A stretch of DNA of 61,985 bases from Clostridia bacterium (lineage in GTDB: Bacteria; Bacillota; Clostridia; Oscillospirales; CAG-272), in assembly GCA_017451045.1 (NCBI GenBank), contig JAFSSK010000119.1:1-61985 (forward strand), given 5' to 3'. The position numbers and the translations under genes are program-made. The notes beneath the pieces were generated by a model. The model saw only the letters and a list, made by a program, of their open reading frames with translations. It was not told the DNA's origin and made no database searches. Positions 19,401 to 30,930 of this stretch are shown here, piece after piece (position 1 is the first letter of the stretch; each line of letters opens with the position of its first letter).

Positions 19401-21980
19401 ATGAGTGTTGATTTTGGCAAGAAAAAAGAAAAGGAAGAGGCCGTCGACCTTTCGTTTCCCAATCAGAAGATCACCGACGTGGATATGGAGAAAGAGGTAA
19501 AGAAATCTTTCATCGAGTACTCCATGTCTGTCATTACGTCGCGTGCGCTTCCTGACGTCAGAGACGGGTTGAAACCCGGTCAGCGCAGGGTGCTTTACGC
19601 CATGTACGAAGATCACCTTACGCACGACAAGCCTTTCCGGAAGTCAGCCACCACAGTCGGTAACGTTCTGGGTCGGTATCATCCCCATGGGGACTCTTCC
19701 GTTTACCTGACCATGGTAAGGATGGCGCAGGACTTCTCGCTGCGGTATCCGCTCGTGGAAGGACACGGTAACTTCGGCTCCGTCGACGGAGACGCGCCTG
19801 CCGCGTACCGTTATACGGAAGCGAGACTTGCCAGGATCGCAGACGAGATGATGCGGGACCTGGACAAGGAAGTCGTTCCGATGGTGCCGAACTTCGACAA
19901 CCGTCTCCGTGAGCCGTCCGTGCTGCCTGCAAGGATCCCGAACCTTCTGGTCAACGGGTCGGTGGGCATTGCCGTCGGTATGGCGACCAACGTCCCCCCG
20001 CACAATATGGGCGAGGTGATCGACGCGGCCATATACCGGATGGAGAACCAGGACTGTTCCATCGAGGAACTGATGGAATTCATCAAGGGGCCTGATTTCC
20101 CGAGCGGCGCCTATATCTACGGGCTGAACGGCATCAAACACGCCTATATGACAGGAACGGGCAAGATCGTCGTGCGTTCCAAAGCAACCGTTGAGGAAGA
20201 GGAGCACCGGATCATCGTCACGGAGCTCCCGTACGGCGTCAACAAGAGCCTTCTGTGCAAAGCCATCGCGGATCTTGCCAAGGACAAGCGGATCGAAGGG
20301 ATCACGGATCTTCGCGACGAATCCGGGCGCAACGGCATGCGGATCGTCATCGAATACAGACGGGACATAAACGGCCAGATCCTTCTGAACCAGCTGTACA
20401 AATTCACGCAGCTGCAGGACACCTTCTCGGTATACATGCTGGCGCTGGTCAACGGCGAGCCGAAGATCCTCAATCTTGCCCAGGTGCTCGACCATTTCAT
20501 TACGCACCAGGAGAGCGTTATCAGGAACAGGGTCATCTTCGACCTGAACAAGGCAAAGGCGAGAGCGCATATCCTCGAAGGCTATTCGCTGATCCTGGAT
20601 CACATCGACGAAGTGATCGCCCTTTTGAAAAAGTCCGCGTCCATTCCGGAAGCAAAGGACAAACTGAAAGAGCAGTACGACCTGTCCGACATCCAGGCGC
20701 AGGCGATCGTCGAGCTGCCTTTGGGACGTCTGACCGGTCTTGAAAGACAGAAGATAGAAGACGAACTGACCCGTCTGCACGAGATGATCGTTGAATTCGA
20801 AGGGATCCTGGCAGACGAGAACAAGATCAAGGGGATCATCAAGACGGAAATGCTTGAGATCAAGGAAAAATACGCGGATGCGCGGCGCACGGAGATCGTG
20901 CAGGCCGAGCACGAACTGATCCTCGCAGATCTGATCGAGAAACACGACTGCGTGATCACCATGTCGCACGCCGGGTATATCAAGCGGCAGCCCGCCGATA
21001 CGTTCGCGGCGCAGCACAGAGGCGGCAAGGGCATCATCGGCATGGGTACGAAAGACGACGACTTCGTGGAGAAGGCGCTTGTCGTATTCAGCCATTCTAT
21101 CCTGATGCTGTTTACCAACACGGGACGGGTGTATTCAAAGAACGCCTATGAGATCAGCGAGGCGTCCAGAACGTCTAAAGGGACCTTCATCGCCAATTTG
21201 CTGGAACTTCAGCCCGGTGAGAAGATATCGTCTTTCTTCAGCCTGAACGAATTCGAGGAAGACAAGTATCTTGTGATGGTCACCAAGCGCGGCATCGTCA
21301 AGAAGACGCCGGTCAAGGAGTATGAATACCAGCGCAAGGGCGGCAAGAAGGCGATCAGTCTGGAGGAAGGGGACGAGCTGTTGAACGTCATCCTGACAGA
21401 CGGAAAAGACGAGCTGATCCTTGCGACGCATAACGCGAACGCCATCAGGATCGAGGAAACGCAGATCCGGCCGATGGGCCGTACGGCGCACGGGGTGCGC
21501 GGCATTAGACTCCGCGACAACGATTATGTCGTCGGCGTGGCGCAGATAGAAGAAGGAAAGAAACTCATCACCGTCACCGAAAACGGATTTGGCAAGCAGT
21601 CTGAATATGACGACTTCAGGCTGATGAAGAACCGCGGCGGATACGGTGTCCGCTGCCACAACCTCTCTGATAAGACGGGCGGTCTTGTCGGTATCCTTTC
21701 CGTCGACGAAAACGACGACCTAATGCTGGTGACCAGCGGAGGAACGATCATCCGTACCCCCGTATCGGATATATCCACCTATTCAAGGACCGCCGGCGGC
21801 GTCATCCTGATGCGGACGGAAGAAGAGAACAGGATCGTGAACTTTACGAAAGTCGCGCGCGTGTCCGACGAAGAGCTGGCGGATGTCGAGACAGAATCGG
21901 ACGATGTCTGGAGCGGTATGCCTGCGGATGAGGAAGACGCGGACGAAGGTGCCCCTGAAGATGAGACGGACGACATTTAA
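19401..21980 (+). CDS. gyrA: DNA gyrase subunit A
   Basis: 859 aa with RALPDVRDGLKPGQRRVLYAM, the active-site region AAYRYTEARL, C-terminal beta-pinwheel repeats and an acidic tail. Confidence 0.98.
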   Translation: MSVDFGKKKEKEEAVDLSFPNQKITDVDMEKEVKKSFIEYSMSVITSRALPDVRDGLKPGQRRVLYAMYEDHLTHDKPFRKSATTVGNVLGRYHPHGDSSVYLTMVRMAQDFSLRYPLVEGHGNFGSVDGDAPAAYRYTEARLARIADEMMRDLDKEVVPMVPNFDNRLREPSVLPARIPNLLVNGSVGIAVGMATNVPPHNMGEVIDAAIYRMENQDCSIEELMEFIKGPDFPSGAYIYGLNGIKHAYMTGTGKIVVRSKATVEEEEHRIIVTELPYGVNKSLLCKAIADLAKDKRIEGITDLRDESGRNGMRIVIEYRRDINGQILLNQLYKFTQLQDTFSVYMLALVNGEPKILNLAQVLDHFITHQESVIRNRVIFDLNKAKARAHILEGYSLILDHIDEVIALLKKSASIPEAKDKLKEQYDLSDIQAQAIVELPLGRLTGLERQKIEDELTRLHEMIVEFEGILADENKIKGIIKTEMLEIKEKYADARRTEIVQAEHELILADLIEKHDCVITMSHAGYIKRQPADTFAAQHRGGKGIIGMGTKDDDFVEKALVVFSHSILMLFTNTGRVYSKNAYEISEASRTSKGTFIANLLELQPGEKISSFFSLNEFEEDKYLVMVTKRGIVKKTPVKEYEYQRKGGKKAISLEEGDELLNVILTDGKDELILATHNANAIRIEETQIRPMGRTAHGVRGIRLRDNDYVVGVAQIEEGKKLITVTENGFGKQSEYDDFRLMKNRGGYGVRCHNLSDKTGGLVGILSVDENDDLMLVTSGGTIIRTPVSDISTYSRTAGGVILMRTEEENRIVNFTKVARVSDEELADVETESDDVWSGMPADEEDADEGAPEDETDDI

Positions 21981-22602
21981 AAAGGCCGCTGCGGCAGGTC
22001 TGCTTGTGCTGCTTGTCCTGGCACTGGCCTGCGGGTGCAGCAAAACGCCCCCGCCGGATCTGGCGGTCGTTTACGGACGGGCCGTCGATCTGATCGAGCA
22101 GTCCCATGAGGTCAACGTTCTTTTGTTTGGCGCCGGGCTCCCCGTGATCCCTTACGGAAGCCTGGAGGCGGAATGGGGAATGGTCTACGACGGGCAGGAG
22201 AACATCAGCTATCAGCGCGTCAGTCAGCAATCCTCCTACCAGTTCCTTGCGGATATACAGGAAGCGGTCGAGCGCGTGTATGCGAAAGCGTACCGGGATT
22301 CGGTGCTGTCGCTGATGCTGAACGGATATATGTATCCGTCCGGGGACGGCGAGAAGACGGTGGTGACGGCGGACTATATGGAAAAGACGACAGGTCTGTT
22401 CCTGTCCACAAGACACGGCATCCTGATACCGGAAACGCGTCTGTATATCTACACCACGATGCGGATCGTAAGCGGTGACAGCACGCATTTCACGGTACAG
22501 CTGGACAGCTACCTGCCTTCCAGCCCGGAAGAGATCGTTCAGGTGAAACTCAGTTTCCTTTTTGAGGAAGGGGACTGGTACCTGAACAGCCCAACCTACT
22601 GA
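21961..22602 (+). CDS. Putative lipoprotein, unknown function
   Basis: The internal ATG at 21961 gives MRRTTFKKAAAAGLLVLLVLALACGCSK (signal peptide plus lipobox-like LALAC). It overlaps the gyrA 3' end by 20 nt. The track ORF start at 21883 lies inside gyrA. Confidence 0.6.
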   Translation: MRRTTFKKAAAAGLLVLLVLALACGCSKTPPPDLAVVYGRAVDLIEQSHEVNVLLFGAGLPVIPYGSLEAEWGMVYDGQENISYQRVSQQSSYQFLADIQEAVERVYAKAYRDSVLSLMLNGYMYPSGDGEKTVVTADYMEKTTGLFLSTRHGILIPETRLYIYTTMRIVSGDSTHFTVQLDSYLPSSPEEIVQVKLSFLFEEGDWYLNSPTY

Positions 22603-22623
22603 TAGAACAAGCAACGGGAACAG

Positions 22624-22654
22624 AAAAGCCCGCCCCAGACACGGGGCGGGTTTT
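22624..22654. terminator. Bidirectional rho-independent terminator at the convergence point
   Basis: AAAA-GCCCGCCCC-agacac-GGGGCGGG-TTTT, between the + block (ends 22602) and ftsH (ends 22669). Confidence 0.85.
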
Positions 22655-22668
22655 GGTGTTCTGTGCAC

Positions 22669-24762
22669 TTATTCGGCAGACGGGGTGTCGCCGTCATCCG
22701 GACCGGAGGAGTCCTCAGACGAATCATCAGACGAATCGTCGGACGGTTCGTTCGCATCCTCCCGGATGGTGTCTTCGGAAGCAGGATCGAACGGGTCAGC
22801 GGGTTGGGCTTCCTGCTCCTGCGCCGCTTTCCTTTCCTGCTCAGCCTCTTCGCGGGCCTTTTCCTGGTTGGCCTGCTGGCTCTGCTGTTTCTTTTCCTGC
22901 GCGATGGCGTCAAGCTGCTCGATGGTGATGTCTTCCTGCTCCATGGCAGCCTTGAACTGGTCTCCGTCCATCACTTCCGCGTGCATCAGATAGTTGGCTA
23001 CCAGATGCAGTTTGGAGATGTTTTCCTCCAGCGTGCGGATGGCAATCGCGTATGATTCCTCAATGATATTGTGGACTTCCTTGTCGATGATGGCAGCGGT
23101 CGCGTCAGAATGGTCCGCGTTGCTGGAGAAATCGCGTCCCAGGAAGACCTCTCCGCCCTCTCCTGCGTAGTTGATCGGGCCGAGGACGTCGCTCATACCG
23201 AGTTTCGTGACCATTTGCTTCGCGATCTTCGTGGCGCGTTCGATATCGTTGGATGCGCCGCCGGAGACGTCTCCGAAGATCACCTTCTCAGCTGCGCGTC
23301 CGCCCAGAAGCATGGCGATGTTTTCCTTGAGCTCCTGTTTATAGACGCTGTATTTGTCTTCTGCCGGCGGGTTCAGCGTGTAGCCCAAGGCGTTCCCAGA
23401 AGGAATGATGGATATCTGCTGGACCGGGTCCTGCGTAGGCATGAAGTAGGCAAGCAGCGCATGCCCCGCCTCGTGGTAGGCGGTCTTTTTCTTTTCGGAT
23501 TCTTTCATGGCGCGGGATTTCTTCTTGGGACCCGCGATGACCTTGATGAAGGAGTCTGCGATTTCCGCCATGCCGATCAGTTTCTTGTTCCGTCTGGCGG
23601 CAAGGAGGGCGGCCTCGTTCATAAGGTTGGCAAGATCTGCACCGGTGAATCCGGCCGTCGTCCTGGCGATCTCGCCCAGGTTGACCTGCGGCTCAAGCGG
23701 CTTGTTGCGCGCGTGGACTTTGAGGATCTCCTCGCGTCCCTTGATATCCGGATAGTTGACAGTGATCTGTCTGTCGAATCTGCCCGGACGCAGAAGCGCG
23801 GGGTCCAGGATGTCCGGCCGGTTCGTCGCGGCCATCACGATGATGCCGTCGTGGGAGCCGAAGCCGTCCATCTCGACCAGCATCTGATTCAGCGTCTGTT
23901 CTCTTTCGTCGTGTCCGCCGCCAAGGCCTGCGCCTCTGTGCCGGCCGACCGCATCGATCTCATCGATGAAAATGATGGACGCGGGATACTTGCGGGCGTT
24001 TTCGAACAGATCGCGTACGCGGGATGCGCCTACGCCGACATACATTTCCACGAAATCGGAACCGGAAATCGAGAAGAAGGGAACACCCGCTTCTCCGGCT
24101 ACCGCTTTGGCCAGAAGCGTCTTACCGGTCCCTGGAGGGCCTACGAGAAGGACGCCGTGCGGGATGCGCGCGCCGAGTTTCGTGTATTTGGACGGATCTT
24201 TCAGGTAGTCGACGATCTCGACCAGTTCCTCCTTCTCCTCGTCCGCACCGGCCACATCTTTGAAGGTGACCCTGTTCGGATCGTTGGCGGAAGGCGTCTT
24301 GACGCGGGCCTTGCCGAAGCTGTTGAGACGCCCCATGGCGCCTTTCCCGGAGGCCTGTCCGGCGACGAAGATCCAGAACAGAACGACGACGACGATGATG
24401 ACGATGAAGGTGGGCAGCATCTGCAGCCACCAGGGGTATGTCTTTGCCGGTTCAAAATCACACTTTTCCAGCGTGCCGGCGCGCATCTGCTCGTCGATCG
24501 CGTCACCGCAGAAGATCAGGAAGAGATTCAGGTCGCTGAGCTGGTAGGTAACCGTGGTCGAATCCTTTTTGACCAGCGTCAGGACGTTGCTGTCGTTGAC
24601 GGTCAGCTCTTTTACCTCTCCGCTGTTGATCAGTTTCACTATATCGCTGAAAATCACTTTCTGCGTTTCGCCGGGCCGGAACAGCTGGGAAACGGCAAAG
24701 ATGATGATGGCAATCAGGATCAGATAGAATATGACAATTTTAAATCCGTGTTTCGGTTTCAT
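22669..24762 (-). CDS. ftsH: ATP-dependent zinc metalloprotease FtsH
   Basis: 697 aa with two TMs, AAA Walker [17 protein letters not shown], and the zinc motif HEAGHAL. A long Gln/Glu/Asp/Ser-rich C-terminal tail. Confidence 0.98.
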   Translation of the reverse strand: MKPKHGFKIVIFYLILIAIIIFAVSQLFRPGETQKVIFSDIVKLINSGEVKELTVNDSNVLTLVKKDSTTVTYQLSDLNLFLIFCGDAIDEQMRAGTLEKCDFEPAKTYPWWLQMLPTFIVIIVVVVLFWIFVAGQASGKGAMGRLNSFGKARVKTPSANDPNRVTFKDVAGADEEKEELVEIVDYLKDPSKYTKLGARIPHGVLLVGPPGTGKTLLAKAVAGEAGVPFFSISGSDFVEMYVGVGASRVRDLFENARKYPASIIFIDEIDAVGRHRGAGLGGGHDEREQTLNQMLVEMDGFGSHDGIIVMAATNRPDILDPALLRPGRFDRQITVNYPDIKGREEILKVHARNKPLEPQVNLGEIARTTAGFTGADLANLMNEAALLAARRNKKLIGMAEIADSFIKVIAGPKKKSRAMKESEKKKTAYHEAGHALLAYFMPTQDPVQQISIIPSGNALGYTLNPPAEDKYSVYKQELKENIAMLLGGRAAEKVIFGDVSGGASNDIERATKIAKQMVTKLGMSDVLGPINYAGEGGEVFLGRDFSSNADHSDATAAIIDKEVHNIIEESYAIAIRTLEENISKLHLVANYLMHAEVMDGDQFKAAMEQEDITIEQLDAIAQEKKQQSQQANQEKAREEAEQERKAAQEQEAQPADPFDPASEDTIREDANEPSDDSSDDSSEDSSGPDDGDTPSAE

Positions 24763-24779
24763 AAATCCTCCAGGGTTAA

Positions 24780-25373
24780 TTACGGGGTCTGCTTTGGCGC
24801 GTAGATCTCGGGTTTCAGAACGCCGACGAAAGGAAGCGTGCGGTATTCCTCGTTGTAATCCAGGCCGTAGCCGACGACAAACTTGTCCGGGATCTGGAAT
24901 CCGCAGAAGTCGGGAACGAACTGCACCTCTCTGCGGGAAGGCTTGTCCAGCATCGTTACGGTCTTTACGCTGTGCGCGCCGCGGTTGCGGAGCATCTGCG
25001 TCAGGCGGAACAAAGTCCTTCCGCTGTCTACGATATCTTCTATGACGAGAATGTCGAGATTGGGAAGGTCGTCGCGCAGCAGATCCAGATGGATCCTGAT
25101 CTCGCCGGAAGTCTTTGTCCCGGCTCCGTAGGAGGAGACCTTCATGAATTCCAGTTCCGCCGGGATCGTGATCTTCTTGACCAGTTCCGCCGAAAACAGG
25201 ACGGATCCTTTGAGGATGGTCAGCAAGACGAGTTTCCTGCCCTCTTCTATGGTGGACTGATACGCTTTTGAGATGTCCGCTGCCAGCCGGTCCGTCATTT
25301 CCCGGATCTGCTGCTCGGAGATCAAAACGCTTTCGATGTCTTTTTCGAGACTGTAGCTGTTGGTGGTTTGCAT
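24780..25373 (-). CDS. hpt: Hypoxanthine phosphoribosyltransferase
   Basis: 197 aa from MQTTNSY. The start overlaps the tilS stop (TAATG). PRPP-binding motif [14 protein letters not shown]. Confidence 0.93.
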   Translation of the reverse strand: MQTTNSYSLEKDIESVLISEQQIREMTDRLAADISKAYQSTIEEGRKLVLLTILKGSVLFSAELVKKITIPAELEFMKVSSYGAGTKTSGEIRIHLDLLRDDLPNLDILVIEDIVDSGRTLFRLTQMLRNRGAHSVKTVTMLDKPSRREVQFVPDFCGFQIPDKFVVGYGLDYNEEYRTLPFVGVLKPEIYAPKQTP

Positions 25374-26803
25374 TATGTGTAAGCTTCTTTCCCGCAAATT
25401 GCGAAAGATTCTTCTGTCAGGATAACGGTCAGCGGATCTGCGTCGCCCTTATAATACCTGTCGTCCGTGCCGACGAACGGAATCCAGGCCGCTTCACCGC
25501 CGATGAACAGAACGGGAAGGCTGCGCCGGATGTCCGGGCGGATCCCGGCGGCGGAAATCAGTTTCCGTACCGTTTTGTGCATGCCGAGCATCAGGAGCTT
25601 GTCGCCCGGGCGAGGCTGGGAAAAGACGGCGCCGGACAGATCCGGCAGATTCCACAGCGTTTGTCTTGTCAGTACGCGGAAGCCGTCCGGAACGGGAACG
25701 TCCTGCCCCCGGCCTGCTAAAAGCCGCAGGGAAGAGTCGGGGATCTCGACCGGTCCTTTGGCATCCATCACCTGCTCCAGCGGCAGCGAAAACGGCTTTG
25801 CAGGAGCGGGGTCCGGCATGATCGTCAGGCAGTCGTCAACGACCGCCAGGTGCGTGTGCCCCGGAAGCGTGATCTCCAGCGGCCCGGTCCTGCCGGACAT
25901 GATCAGGCGGTCCGCAGCAATCGTATGTGTATATTCGGCGTGGACGCCGGACTGAAGGAGGAACCTGCGGATCACCCGTGTCCGTAAAGACGGATCCAGC
26001 CGCCTTACAAAAGGCAGGCTCAGACGGTTGCCCGGAAGGGCGCAGTCCCGAAGGGTGTCTGAAACGACAGAGGAAAGGTATTGGCTGTCCTGCGAAAGCT
26101 CTTCGCAAAGCGCGACGGTGTGCTGCTGGGGAACGCCGTCCCCGGATATCTTTTCCAGCGCGGGGATGACAGTGTGCCGTAACAGGTTTCTGGCGCAGTC
26201 GGACGAGAGGTTTGTGCTGTCCGTGACAAATGTCACAGGCGGGGTGAACCGGCCGCAGGCGTCGAGTATTTCTTTTTTGGTAACGTTCAGAAGCGGTCTT
26301 ATGACGATTCGTTCGGTGCCTGTCCCGATCGCACGGACCTCCGGAATGCCGGAAAGTCCGTCCGGACCCGTTCCTCTCGCGATCCTGAACAGCACGGTCT
26401 CCAGCTGATCGTCCGCGTGATGAGCCGTCAGCAGAACGGGGATGCCGTGCTTTTCCATCAGGGAAAGGAAGAAATCATACCGCGCATCCCGCGCGGTCTC
26501 CTCGACCCCGCGCCCCTGCCGGCGCGCCAGAGCGGGGATGTCCTGCCTTAAGACGAACAGCTCGACACCAAGACCGGCTGCGGTCTGCCGGCAAAACGCC
26601 TCATCCCTGTCGGCTTCATCACCGCGGATCATATGATTCATGTGCGCGGCGAAAACAGATACGCGGTTCAGCTTTCCCCAGTCGGCCGCAAGACGAAGCA
26701 GAACGGATGAATCCGCCCCGCCTGAATAGGCTATAAGGATCCGCCCGGCAGTTTTCGGGAGAAGGCGCTGCATATTCTGTTCAAAGAGGAATTGAACGGA
26801 CAT
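25373..26803 (-). CDS. tilS: tRNA(Ile)-lysidine synthetase
   Basis: 476 aa with the PP-loop [15 protein letters not shown]. In the conserved tilS-hpt-ftsH order. Confidence 0.92.
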   Translation of the reverse strand: MSVQFLFEQNMQRLLPKTAGRILIAYSGGADSSVLLRLAADWGKLNRVSVFAAHMNHMIRGDEADRDEAFCRQTAAGLGVELFVLRQDIPALARRQGRGVEETARDARYDFFLSLMEKHGIPVLLTAHHADDQLETVLFRIARGTGPDGLSGIPEVRAIGTGTERIVIRPLLNVTKKEILDACGRFTPPVTFVTDSTNLSSDCARNLLRHTVIPALEKISGDGVPQQHTVALCEELSQDSQYLSSVVSDTLRDCALPGNRLSLPFVRRLDPSLRTRVIRRFLLQSGVHAEYTHTIAADRLIMSGRTGPLEITLPGHTHLAVVDDCLTIMPDPAPAKPFSLPLEQVMDAKGPVEIPDSSLRLLAGRGQDVPVPDGFRVLTRQTLWNLPDLSGAVFSQPRPGDKLLMLGMHKTVRKLISAAGIRPDIRRSLPVLFIGGEAAWIPFVGTDDRYYKGDADPLTVILTEESFAICGKEAYT

Positions 26804-26863
26804 TTGTTGCTTCCTGTCGCAAGAATAACACGTTTTTGTAAAATGAATGTGAACTGGATCTGA

Positions 26864-28270
26864 TCACGATCCGCCGCTCAGGCGGGACTCGTCCGCAATG
26901 GAACGGAATTTCGTGTGGGCAGGCAGCCAGCCGAGCGTGAATTCGCCCTGCGAACCGTGACGGTTCTTGGCGATGATCAGTTGCTTTGTCGAGAGAACGT
27001 TGCCCGAAGCCGGGTCGCTCTGCTGCTCATTCGGCTGGTAGATGAACATGATGACGTCGGCATCCTGCTCGATCGCGCCCGAATCACGGAGGCTGGACAG
27101 AACGGGTTTTGTCTCTTCCGCTTTGCCTTTCCCGGATTTGTCAACGCCGCGGTTCAGCTGTGCGGCGCAAAGGACGGGCACTTCCAGCGTCTTAGCCATC
27201 AGTTTCAGCGCGCGGGAGATGTCGGCCACCTCGTTCACGCGGTTTTCGGCCTTGCGGTCGTCCTGCAGAAGTCCCAGGTAGTCCACGACGACAAGCGCGA
27301 TATCGCTCCCTTGCCGGCGAAGCCGGGCCTGAAGACTTAAAAGCTTGGCTTTGATGGCGCTGACGGTCTGCCCCGCCGTATCGTCTATGTAGATCTTCAG
27401 TTTCTGCAGCGTCGGGATGACTTCGGAGATGTTGTGCCATTCTTCGGTCGTAATGGTTCCGGCGCGGATGTGATTGCTGTCGATCAGCGCCTCGCTGGAT
27501 ATGATGCGGTTGGCCAGTTCCTCGGTGGACATCTCCAGTGAAAAGATGCAGACGGCTTTGCCAGTGCTCTTCGCGACGTTTGTCGCTATGTTCAGCGCAA
27601 GGCTTGTCTTGCCCTGGCCGGGTCTTGCGCCGAGGATGATCAGGTCGCCTTTTCCCATGCCGACAAGCGTCCGGTCGATGTCCGAATACCCGGTTTGGAC
27701 GTGACGCTGCCTGTCCGGATTGGTGCGCAGATCCTTCTGGATCTCCAGAAAATCGGCAATGGCGTCATGGATGTTTGTGAACGACTTGTTCTCCAGGCCC
27801 TGTGCGATCTTGGAAAAATCGTTTTCGGCCGAGCCCAGAAGCAACTGGACGTCTTCCGGTTCCGAAAATGCGTTTTCGGAAATGCTGTCGCTGGTCTCGA
27901 TAACTTTCCGCAGAATGCTCTTGTTCTTGACGATCTTTGCATAGTCTTTGATGTTCATGGAAGATGCGGCACAATTGGAAAGCTGGACCAGGTATTCGCT
28001 TCCGCCCGCCTTCTGGTAGAGTCCCATTTGCGTGAGCTGTTCGACCAGCTGAACATAATCTATATTTTTGCTGTCCCGGAACATGGTTTCCAGGGCGCGG
28101 TAGATCTCCTGATGCTCCTGCAGGTAAAAATCCTCGGGAGAGATTTTGTCCTCCACATCAGTTATTTTCTGCGGATCATTCAGGATGCATCCGAGGAGCG
28201 CCTGTTCCGCCGGCATTGAAAACGGCAATTGTCTAGTGAACGCGGAGTTCGATTCGTTTGTTGAGGCCAT
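26864..28270 (-). CDS. dnaB: Replicative DNA helicase (DnaB family; DnaC in Bacillus nomenclature)
   Basis: 468 aa with LPFSMPAEQALLGCIL, the Walker A GARPGQGKTSLALN, and the conserved rplI-dnaB linkage. Confidence 0.97.
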   Translation of the reverse strand: MASTNESNSAFTRQLPFSMPAEQALLGCILNDPQKITDVEDKISPEDFYLQEHQEIYRALETMFRDSKNIDYVQLVEQLTQMGLYQKAGGSEYLVQLSNCAASSMNIKDYAKIVKNKSILRKVIETSDSISENAFSEPEDVQLLLGSAENDFSKIAQGLENKSFTNIHDAIADFLEIQKDLRTNPDRQRHVQTGYSDIDRTLVGMGKGDLIILGARPGQGKTSLALNIATNVAKSTGKAVCIFSLEMSTEELANRIISSEALIDSNHIRAGTITTEEWHNISEVIPTLQKLKIYIDDTAGQTVSAIKAKLLSLQARLRRQGSDIALVVVDYLGLLQDDRKAENRVNEVADISRALKLMAKTLEVPVLCAAQLNRGVDKSGKGKAEETKPVLSSLRDSGAIEQDADVIMFIYQPNEQQSDPASGNVLSTKQLIIAKNRHGSQGEFTLGWLPAHTKFRSIADESRLSGGS

Positions 28271-28308
28271 ATGATCGGATAGTCCTTTCTAACGGTGGGA
28301 GGCTGGCG

Positions 28309-28755
28309 TCATTTCTGACAGACGAGCAGATGAATAGTGGCGGAAATGTCCTGGTACAGTTTGGCTTCCAGTTCGTAGCTGCCGAATGAACGGATCGAAT
28401 CGGCGATAACGATTTTCCGCTTGTCCAGCTGGATGTTGAATTCGCTTTCAAGCGCGTCGGATACGTCCTTGGCCGTGACGGAGCCGTACAGTTTCCCGTC
28501 TGCTCCGGCGTTCGTCTGAATCTTCACCAGGATGCTTTCCAGTTTTTCGGCGAGGGCTTTGGCCTCGGCTTTTTCGGTCTCGATCCGGTGCTGCTTCGCC
28601 GCCTCTTTCTGTTTGATCTCATTCAGCGCTTTCGCGTCGGCGGGAACAGCCAGTTTCCTCGGAAACAGGAAGTTCGTGGCGTAACCGTCCGACACGTTGA
28701 TGACCTGGTCCTTTTTCCCCTGGCTCTTTACGTCCTGCAACAGTATAACTTTCAT
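28309..28755 (-). CDS. rplI: 50S ribosomal protein L9
   Basis: 148 aa starting [36 protein letters not shown]. Confidence 0.97.
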   Translation of the reverse strand: MKVILLQDVKSQGKKDQVINVSDGYATNFLFPRKLAVPADAKALNEIKQKEAAKQHRIETEKAEAKALAEKLESILVKIQTNAGADGKLYGSVTAKDVSDALESEFNIQLDKRKIVIADSIRSFGSYELEAKLYQDISATIHLLVCQK

Positions 28756-28774
28756 GATGATAATAGTCCTTTCG

Positions 28775-30898
28775 TTACGAGTTGTCGCCGGTCTTGAGGT
28801 AGTCGTCGATGGCTTCCTTCAGCCGGTCTTTGGCCTCTTCAAGAGAAGCCCCTGTCAGTTGCGCGCCCGCCATATCGAAGTGTCCGCCTCCGCCCAGGCG
28901 TTCCAGGATGAGCTGCACGTTGACCGTGTCGGCGGAACGGCCGGAAATCGCGACGCCGTCAAGGCTTTTTATAATGGCGAACGAGGCGGCAACGCCTACG
29001 ATAGTCAGCATGTTGTCCGCCACTTTGGCGACTGCGATCCTCTCCTTTGTGGACAGCTCGTGGTCGACCTCCTGCCATGCAAGAGCGAACTTGTCGCGGT
29101 AAAGCTGGGCGTGAGAGCTCATGTCGCTGGTCAGAAGACGTTCGTCAAGCTGCTCGCGGAAGAACCAGCGCGCCACGTTGGTGTGGGCGCCTCTGGAATA
29201 CAGGTAATGGACGGCCGCGAAGGTCTGCGCGCCAGCGTTGTGCGTGAAGTTCTTGGTATCCAGCATGATGCCGGCCAGAATGGCGGTCGCCTCTTCTTTT
29301 TTCAGCATCTCGGAATAGGGAGACTGCTCCAGCATCTCCGCAGCCAGCTCGGACGCGGAGGAAGCGGTCGGGTGTATGTAGGACAGAACGGGGGTGAACC
29401 CGTAGACGTCCACCTGGCGGTGGTGGTCGATGATCGCGATGTTGACGACGCTGTTGGCGACGTCCGGCGCCTCGACGATCTTCAGAGAGTTCACGTCTGC
29501 CATGACCAGCAAGGTATCCGAACGGATCAGGTCAAGACCCGCCTCGCGGTCGATGAACATGGCCTCGTATTCGGGAAGACTCTGGAAGAGCGGCTGAAGC
29601 GTCTTGAAGTTGTCGTTCGTCAGGTCCATGATGATCCTGATGTCGCACGGGGTCTGCCGCGGAACGCTGAGAGCCAGTCTGGCAAGTCCTATGCAGGAGC
29701 CGATGGCATCGAAGTCAGGATTGTTGTGACCCATCAGCAGCACGTTGCCCGCCTGCTTGACAAGCGCGCAGAACTGCCCGGAATTGACGCGGGAAATGAT
29801 GGATGTGTTACTCTGGATCGGCTTGACACGGCCGCCGAAATAGGAGAATCCTTCGGGTTTGCGGAGGACGACCTGATCGCCGCCGCGCTGCACGGCTACG
29901 TCGAGGGCGGCGCTGGCCGCCTGCTCGCGCTCCTGCATGGTCCCGGGCACCATGGCGATACCCATGGAGATCGTCACGGGGAAGGACTGGTCGCCCAGTT
30001 TGACGTCCCGGATGCTTTCAAGGATGTCCGCGAACTGGTTGTCGATGCATTTGTCGAGTTCCTCGCGGGAAAACGCCATCAGGAACTTGTCTCTGTCGTA
30101 TTCACGGAGCATGCCGTGGACGTCCAGGGCCCACTGCTTGAGCAAGTTCTCGATTTCAGCCGTAGCGGAGCGGTAGCTGACGCGGATGTACTGCGCCAGT
30201 TCCTCAAGGTTGTCCAAAACGATGTATGCGATCGCCACATCCTCCCGGTATGTCTTGTCGGACAGCTGGATATAGGAGGTGACGTCATTGAAAAGAGCAA
30301 AGTAGAAATCCTGGCCCTGGAGCTTCAGCCGGTAGGGACTCAGCTCGTAGGATCTGCCGGAAATGGTTACGATCGGCAGCTGCTCGCCCGGCAGCGGGTG
30401 AAGGTCGTGAATGGAGTCGATCTTAGGCGCGATGGAGGCCAGTTCGCTCAGCGGCAGGGAATCGAACAGATCCGTGAACAGCACGTTGCAGATCGGAGAG
30501 GAGAAGCCGAGAAGGTCCTGGAGCTTCTTGTTGACGACCTTGACGACGCCGCGCCCGCTGATGAGCGCATAGGGGATGTCGACTTTGTACCGGAACATGG
30601 CTGCGATGTCCGCCGCGGAGGAGGAATAGGCCTCTTCCTGCTCTCTCACCCGTTTCTGACGGACGATATAAACGATGCAGAACCCGCCGCAGATCAGGAA
30701 ATAAACGACTGCGAGCAGCGAGCCCCAGAAAGGGATGGACACTTCCGTCGTGGCAGACAGAAGGATCAGCGCGATGATGAAAAAGAACCCGAAAACACCG
30801 CAGGTCAGAAGGGGGATCAGCGGACTGATTCTCCCAGCTTCCTCCGGCTTGACGGAAGTCGAGCTATTATTGAGACCGGATTCGTTATGAACGTTCAA
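28775..30898 (-). CDS. gdpP: DHH/DHHA1 phosphoesterase, GdpP-type cyclic-di-AMP phosphodiesterase
   Basis: 707 aa with two N-terminal TMs, PAS-like and degenerate GGDEF regions, the DHH motifs [12 protein letters not shown] and IIDHHR, and DHHA1 GGGGH. In the conserved yybS-gdpP-rplI-dnaB context. Confidence 0.88.
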   Translation of the reverse strand: MNVHNESGLNNSSTSVKPEEAGRISPLIPLLTCGVFGFFFIIALILLSATTEVSIPFWGSLLAVVYFLICGGFCIVYIVRQKRVREQEEAYSSSAADIAAMFRYKVDIPYALISGRGVVKVVNKKLQDLLGFSSPICNVLFTDLFDSLPLSELASIAPKIDSIHDLHPLPGEQLPIVTISGRSYELSPYRLKLQGQDFYFALFNDVTSYIQLSDKTYREDVAIAYIVLDNLEELAQYIRVSYRSATAEIENLLKQWALDVHGMLREYDRDKFLMAFSREELDKCIDNQFADILESIRDVKLGDQSFPVTISMGIAMVPGTMQEREQAASAALDVAVQRGGDQVVLRKPEGFSYFGGRVKPIQSNTSIISRVNSGQFCALVKQAGNVLLMGHNNPDFDAIGSCIGLARLALSVPRQTPCDIRIIMDLTNDNFKTLQPLFQSLPEYEAMFIDREAGLDLIRSDTLLVMADVNSLKIVEAPDVANSVVNIAIIDHHRQVDVYGFTPVLSYIHPTASSASELAAEMLEQSPYSEMLKKEEATAILAGIMLDTKNFTHNAGAQTFAAVHYLYSRGAHTNVARWFFREQLDERLLTSDMSSHAQLYRDKFALAWQEVDHELSTKERIAVAKVADNMLTIVGVAASFAIIKSLDGVAISGRSADTVNVQLILERLGGGGHFDMAGAQLTGASLEEAKDRLKEAIDDYLKTGDNS

Positions 30899-30930
30899 AT
30901 CTATTCGCCTCCTTCAGTAGGTAGCGTACG

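Noticed and set aside
23071-24804. 577-aa ORF on the + strand antisense to ftsH
   Set aside because: Same antisense artefact. FtsH on the minus strand has unambiguous AAA and HEAGH motifs, and the + frame has none.
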